A program made the position numbers and the translations under genes. This document shows, in pieces, positions 60,965-64,000 of a DNA stretch of 64,000 nt. Positions within the stretch are counted from its first letter, which is position 1. Every line of letters begins with the position of its first letter. The stretch lies in NCBI GenBank assembly GCA_964016885.1, contig OZ024761.1:1-64000 (forward strand), written 5' to 3'. The DNA is from Eledone cirrhosa (Eukaryota). Below the pieces are notes generated by a model. It had not been told where the DNA came from. It ran no database searches and saw only the letters and a program-made list of their open reading frames with translations.

Positions 60965-61520
60965 TGTCTGTGTGTGATTGTCAGTTAGTGTGAGTCTGTG
61001 TGTGTGTGTGTGTGATTGTCAGTTAGTTTATGTGTGTGTGTGTGTGTGTGTGTGATTGTCAGTTTGTGTGTGTCTGTGTGTGTGTGTGTGTGATTGTCAG
61101 TTTGTGTGTGTCTGTGTGTGTGTGTGTGTGTGATTGTCAGTTTGTGTGTGTGTGTGTGTGATTGTCAGTTTGTGTGTGATTGCCATTTAGTGTGTGAGTC
61201 TGTGTGATTGTCAGTTTGTGTGTGAGTCTGTGTGTGATTGCCATTTAGTGTGTGAGTCTGTGTGTGATTGTCAGTTTGTGTATGTGTATGTGTGTGATTG
61301 TCAGTTAGTGTGTGAGTCTGTGTGTGATTGTCAGTTAGTGTGTGAGTCTGTGTGTGATTTTCAGTTAGTGTGTGTGTCTGTGTGTGATTGTCAGTTTGCG
61401 TATGTGTCTGTGTGTGATTGTCAATTTGTGTGTGTGTGTTTGTCAATTTGTGTGTGTGATTGTCAGTTTGTGTGTGATAGCCAGTTTGTGTGTGAATGTC
61501 AGTTAGTGTGTGTGTGTCTG
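60965..61520. repeat. ~24-bp (GT)n-GATTGTCAGTT satellite
   Basis: Directly visible. Confidence 0.9.
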
Positions 61521-61794
61521 TGTTTTATAAAAGAAGCGAAACGCAACAAGATAAGTTGAACAGCCGAATATACGTCTAACATGTGTTTAATCAAATCAAC
61601 CATCTGTGAATAATGTAAATGAATTAGCTATATTATGTGGACTTCTTCGCTAAGGAAGGTAATATTTATTAAGTCAATTGCATTCTAGAGGAATTGAGCA
61701 AAGTTTTAATTTTGAATGTAAGGTAACTTAATATGAGATGTCTCATTTTCTACACTTTCGAAAAGAGAGAGCTAATCTTCAAATTGCAAGGGTA

Positions 61795-61932
61795 CAGTGC
61801 TAGTTATGAGGCCACAAACATTTGAAAAATTCATCGTAAAAAATATTTTGTGCTGGAAGATGGGCCCCGCTTCCCTAGCCAATGGGGCCCTGTGCTGAAG
61901 AACATATAAGCACAATTGTAAATCCGGCACTG
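61795..61932. mobile_element. hAT-like MITE
   Basis: Ends CAGTGC / GCACTG; 8-bp flanks CAAGGGTA and CAAGAGTA (7/8 match). Confidence 0.55.
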
Positions 61933-62524
61933 CAAGAGTAATATATATAACCTATTCCGTTTTATGGTGACTCGACTTTCACGGAACTACGATCTTCAGT
62001 TGAACTGAATATCGCAATGTCATGTCACTGGAATCACGATAAAAAGTCTTTTATTTGAATATAAAATATACTTTACACGCTGTACAAATTGTAACATGTG
62101 TATTATGTATAAACAGACCCCCCCCCCCAGATAAATAGATATATGTATAGATAAATAGATACATAGATCGACACATAGATACATCATACAGATAGATAGA
62201 TAGACACACGAATAGATAGATTATTAGATGAATAAATAGATGGATAGAATAATAGATGCATTAATAGTTAGACAGATACATAGACAGATAGATAAATAGA
62301 TAGATATATAGATAAATAGATACATAAATAAGCAGATGCATTGATAGATAAATAAATAGATAGATAGCTATAGAAGTCGCTGTGCAGAGAGATTTTGTTC
62401 GGTGTCGCATTTGATGCGATGAGATGTTTAACAGTTAACAAACACACTAATATGGAAAGTTGCTTATCCACGTGTAAGCTAATCAGCATAATTTTGTCTT
62501 TTTTTCCTTTTCCTTCTGCTATAG

Positions 62525-62560
62525 TTATAAACTAGGTTTGCTTGGTCGAACAACAGCTAG
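62525..62560 (+). CDS. Candidate 36-nt internal coding exon (T+YKLGLLGRTTA+AG)
   Basis: Branch-like GCTAAT, ~28-nt polypyrimidine tract, TAG acceptor, AG|GTGAGG donor; one open frame. Confidence 0.45.
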
Positions 62561-62810
62561 GTGAGGCGGAAACTGACGATGTTTAACTAACCAGAAAACC
62601 ATGGTCAGCACGATGTCTCTCTCTCTGTCTCTCTCTCTGTCTCTCTCTCTCTGTCTCTATCTCTGTCTCTCTATGTTTCTGGCGAGTAATTAGTGTTTGT
62701 GTATACTTCCATAACAAACTGTACATTTATATAACAAAGATATAAGATTATATTAGAATCAGCTATATATATATACTGCCTCTCTGTTTTGTTCCCGTTC
62801 AATTTTTCAC

Positions 62811-62894
<84 letters not shown>

Positions 62895-62898
<4 letters not shown>

Positions 62899-63145
62899 AA
62901 AGTTTTATTTAAAATTGTTGGGTTACAACGAATAAATATTTTATAACTGATATAAAGCACTCAACAAGTTTTGGAGTAGATATACGATATTAAACAAATG
63001 GAAACTATATTTATAAAACCATATTTATTTCATTATACATATTTCAGGGATACCAAATTAAATTATGGTATGCCTTCATCAGACAAAATACAATATATAA
63101 CAGTTTTACAAATAAGCTTTGACGTACCCTTTTAAAATGCAACCA
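62895..63145 (-). mobile_element. Family B element with hammerhead motif (63027-63089)
   Basis: Reverse complement of 52610-53045 without the SINE. Confidence 0.85.
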
Positions 63146-63512
63146 AGGTTTTTTATGTTTGTATATATGTCTGTATGTATACATGGGCGATGCGGGAAGA
63201 CGCACGCAAATATTTATTTATACATATATATGTGTATATATATATATGTATATGTATGTGTGTGGGTAAGAGATATGTTGCCTAACCACGCAGTTTTGAT
63301 TGCAGATATGCATAATTTTAACAGAATGTTAAATGTATGAATGGTAATCGTATATATGAAGACATGAATGTTAATCGTATATATTTATGTATATATACTG
63401 TGAACTTTTTATAACACAAGGAATGTATAGCAGTGATTAAGAGAAATCGTCTGCGTTTTGTATGTCTATATTGTTGACTTGAGTAAATATAATTTCTATT
63501 TTCAGGACGTGC

Positions 63513-63576
<64 letters not shown>

Positions 63577-64000
63577 GTGTCTTTGCCTAAGATACTGATC
63601 TCTCTAGCAATGTGTACATTTTGGATGATTAAACCCAAATTTTGGTATATTGATCTCAAGTTTTCAACTAAACATGTAGTCATTATTAAACAATGTTTAA
63701 TTTCTCATATTATATATTTATGTCCCATTCATGAATATTAATATTTATATTTTTATTATTCATTTCATATAAATTGTTAACTCAACTTAATATGACATGA
63801 CGTAAAGTTTTCATTATCTCCCCCTCTCTCTATATAATATTTCTCTCTCTTGATTTTTTCTATCTGTCTGATGATTTAATATCTCTCTGTTGCTTTCCTC
63901 TGTTTTTCTTATTTCTTCCTTTTTTCTTTTTTCTTTTTTCTTTCTTTCCTCCTGTCTTTATTTATCTCTTTCTTTTTTCTCCATGCATTTCTCTCTCTCC

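Noticed and set aside
61965-62005. Minus-strand CUGAAGA..GAAAGUCGAGUC
   Set aside because: Stems I and II do not pair convincingly.

Overview
AT-rich, microsatellite-saturated eukaryotic DNA. The SINE/LINE repertoire and (TA)n density suggest an octopod cephalopod (inference). No complete host gene is present, and nearly all ORF-track entries are translations of simple repeats. Recognisable content: a decayed Penelope-like element (RT + C-terminal GIY-YIG, Nematis-like) with an inverted pseudo-LTR; 3' fragments of Tx1/L1, R4/Dong, CR1-group and CRE-like LINEs; a bipartite RTE derivative; two tRNA-headed SINE families; Helitron-like elements; MITEs; and several satellites. The most striking hidden structure is about 16 minimal type I hammerhead ribozyme motifs from at least seven unrelated short (TA)n-embedded families. 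Many are fold-back (long arm + short inverted arm) insertions whose turn-around point often lies inside the ribozyme and whose short arm stops at a TA microhomology. Two phase-compatible candidate micro-exons (55434-55483, 62525-62560) suggest the window may be intronic within a large + strand gene. All ribozyme, exon and enhancer calls were made by eye and are untested.
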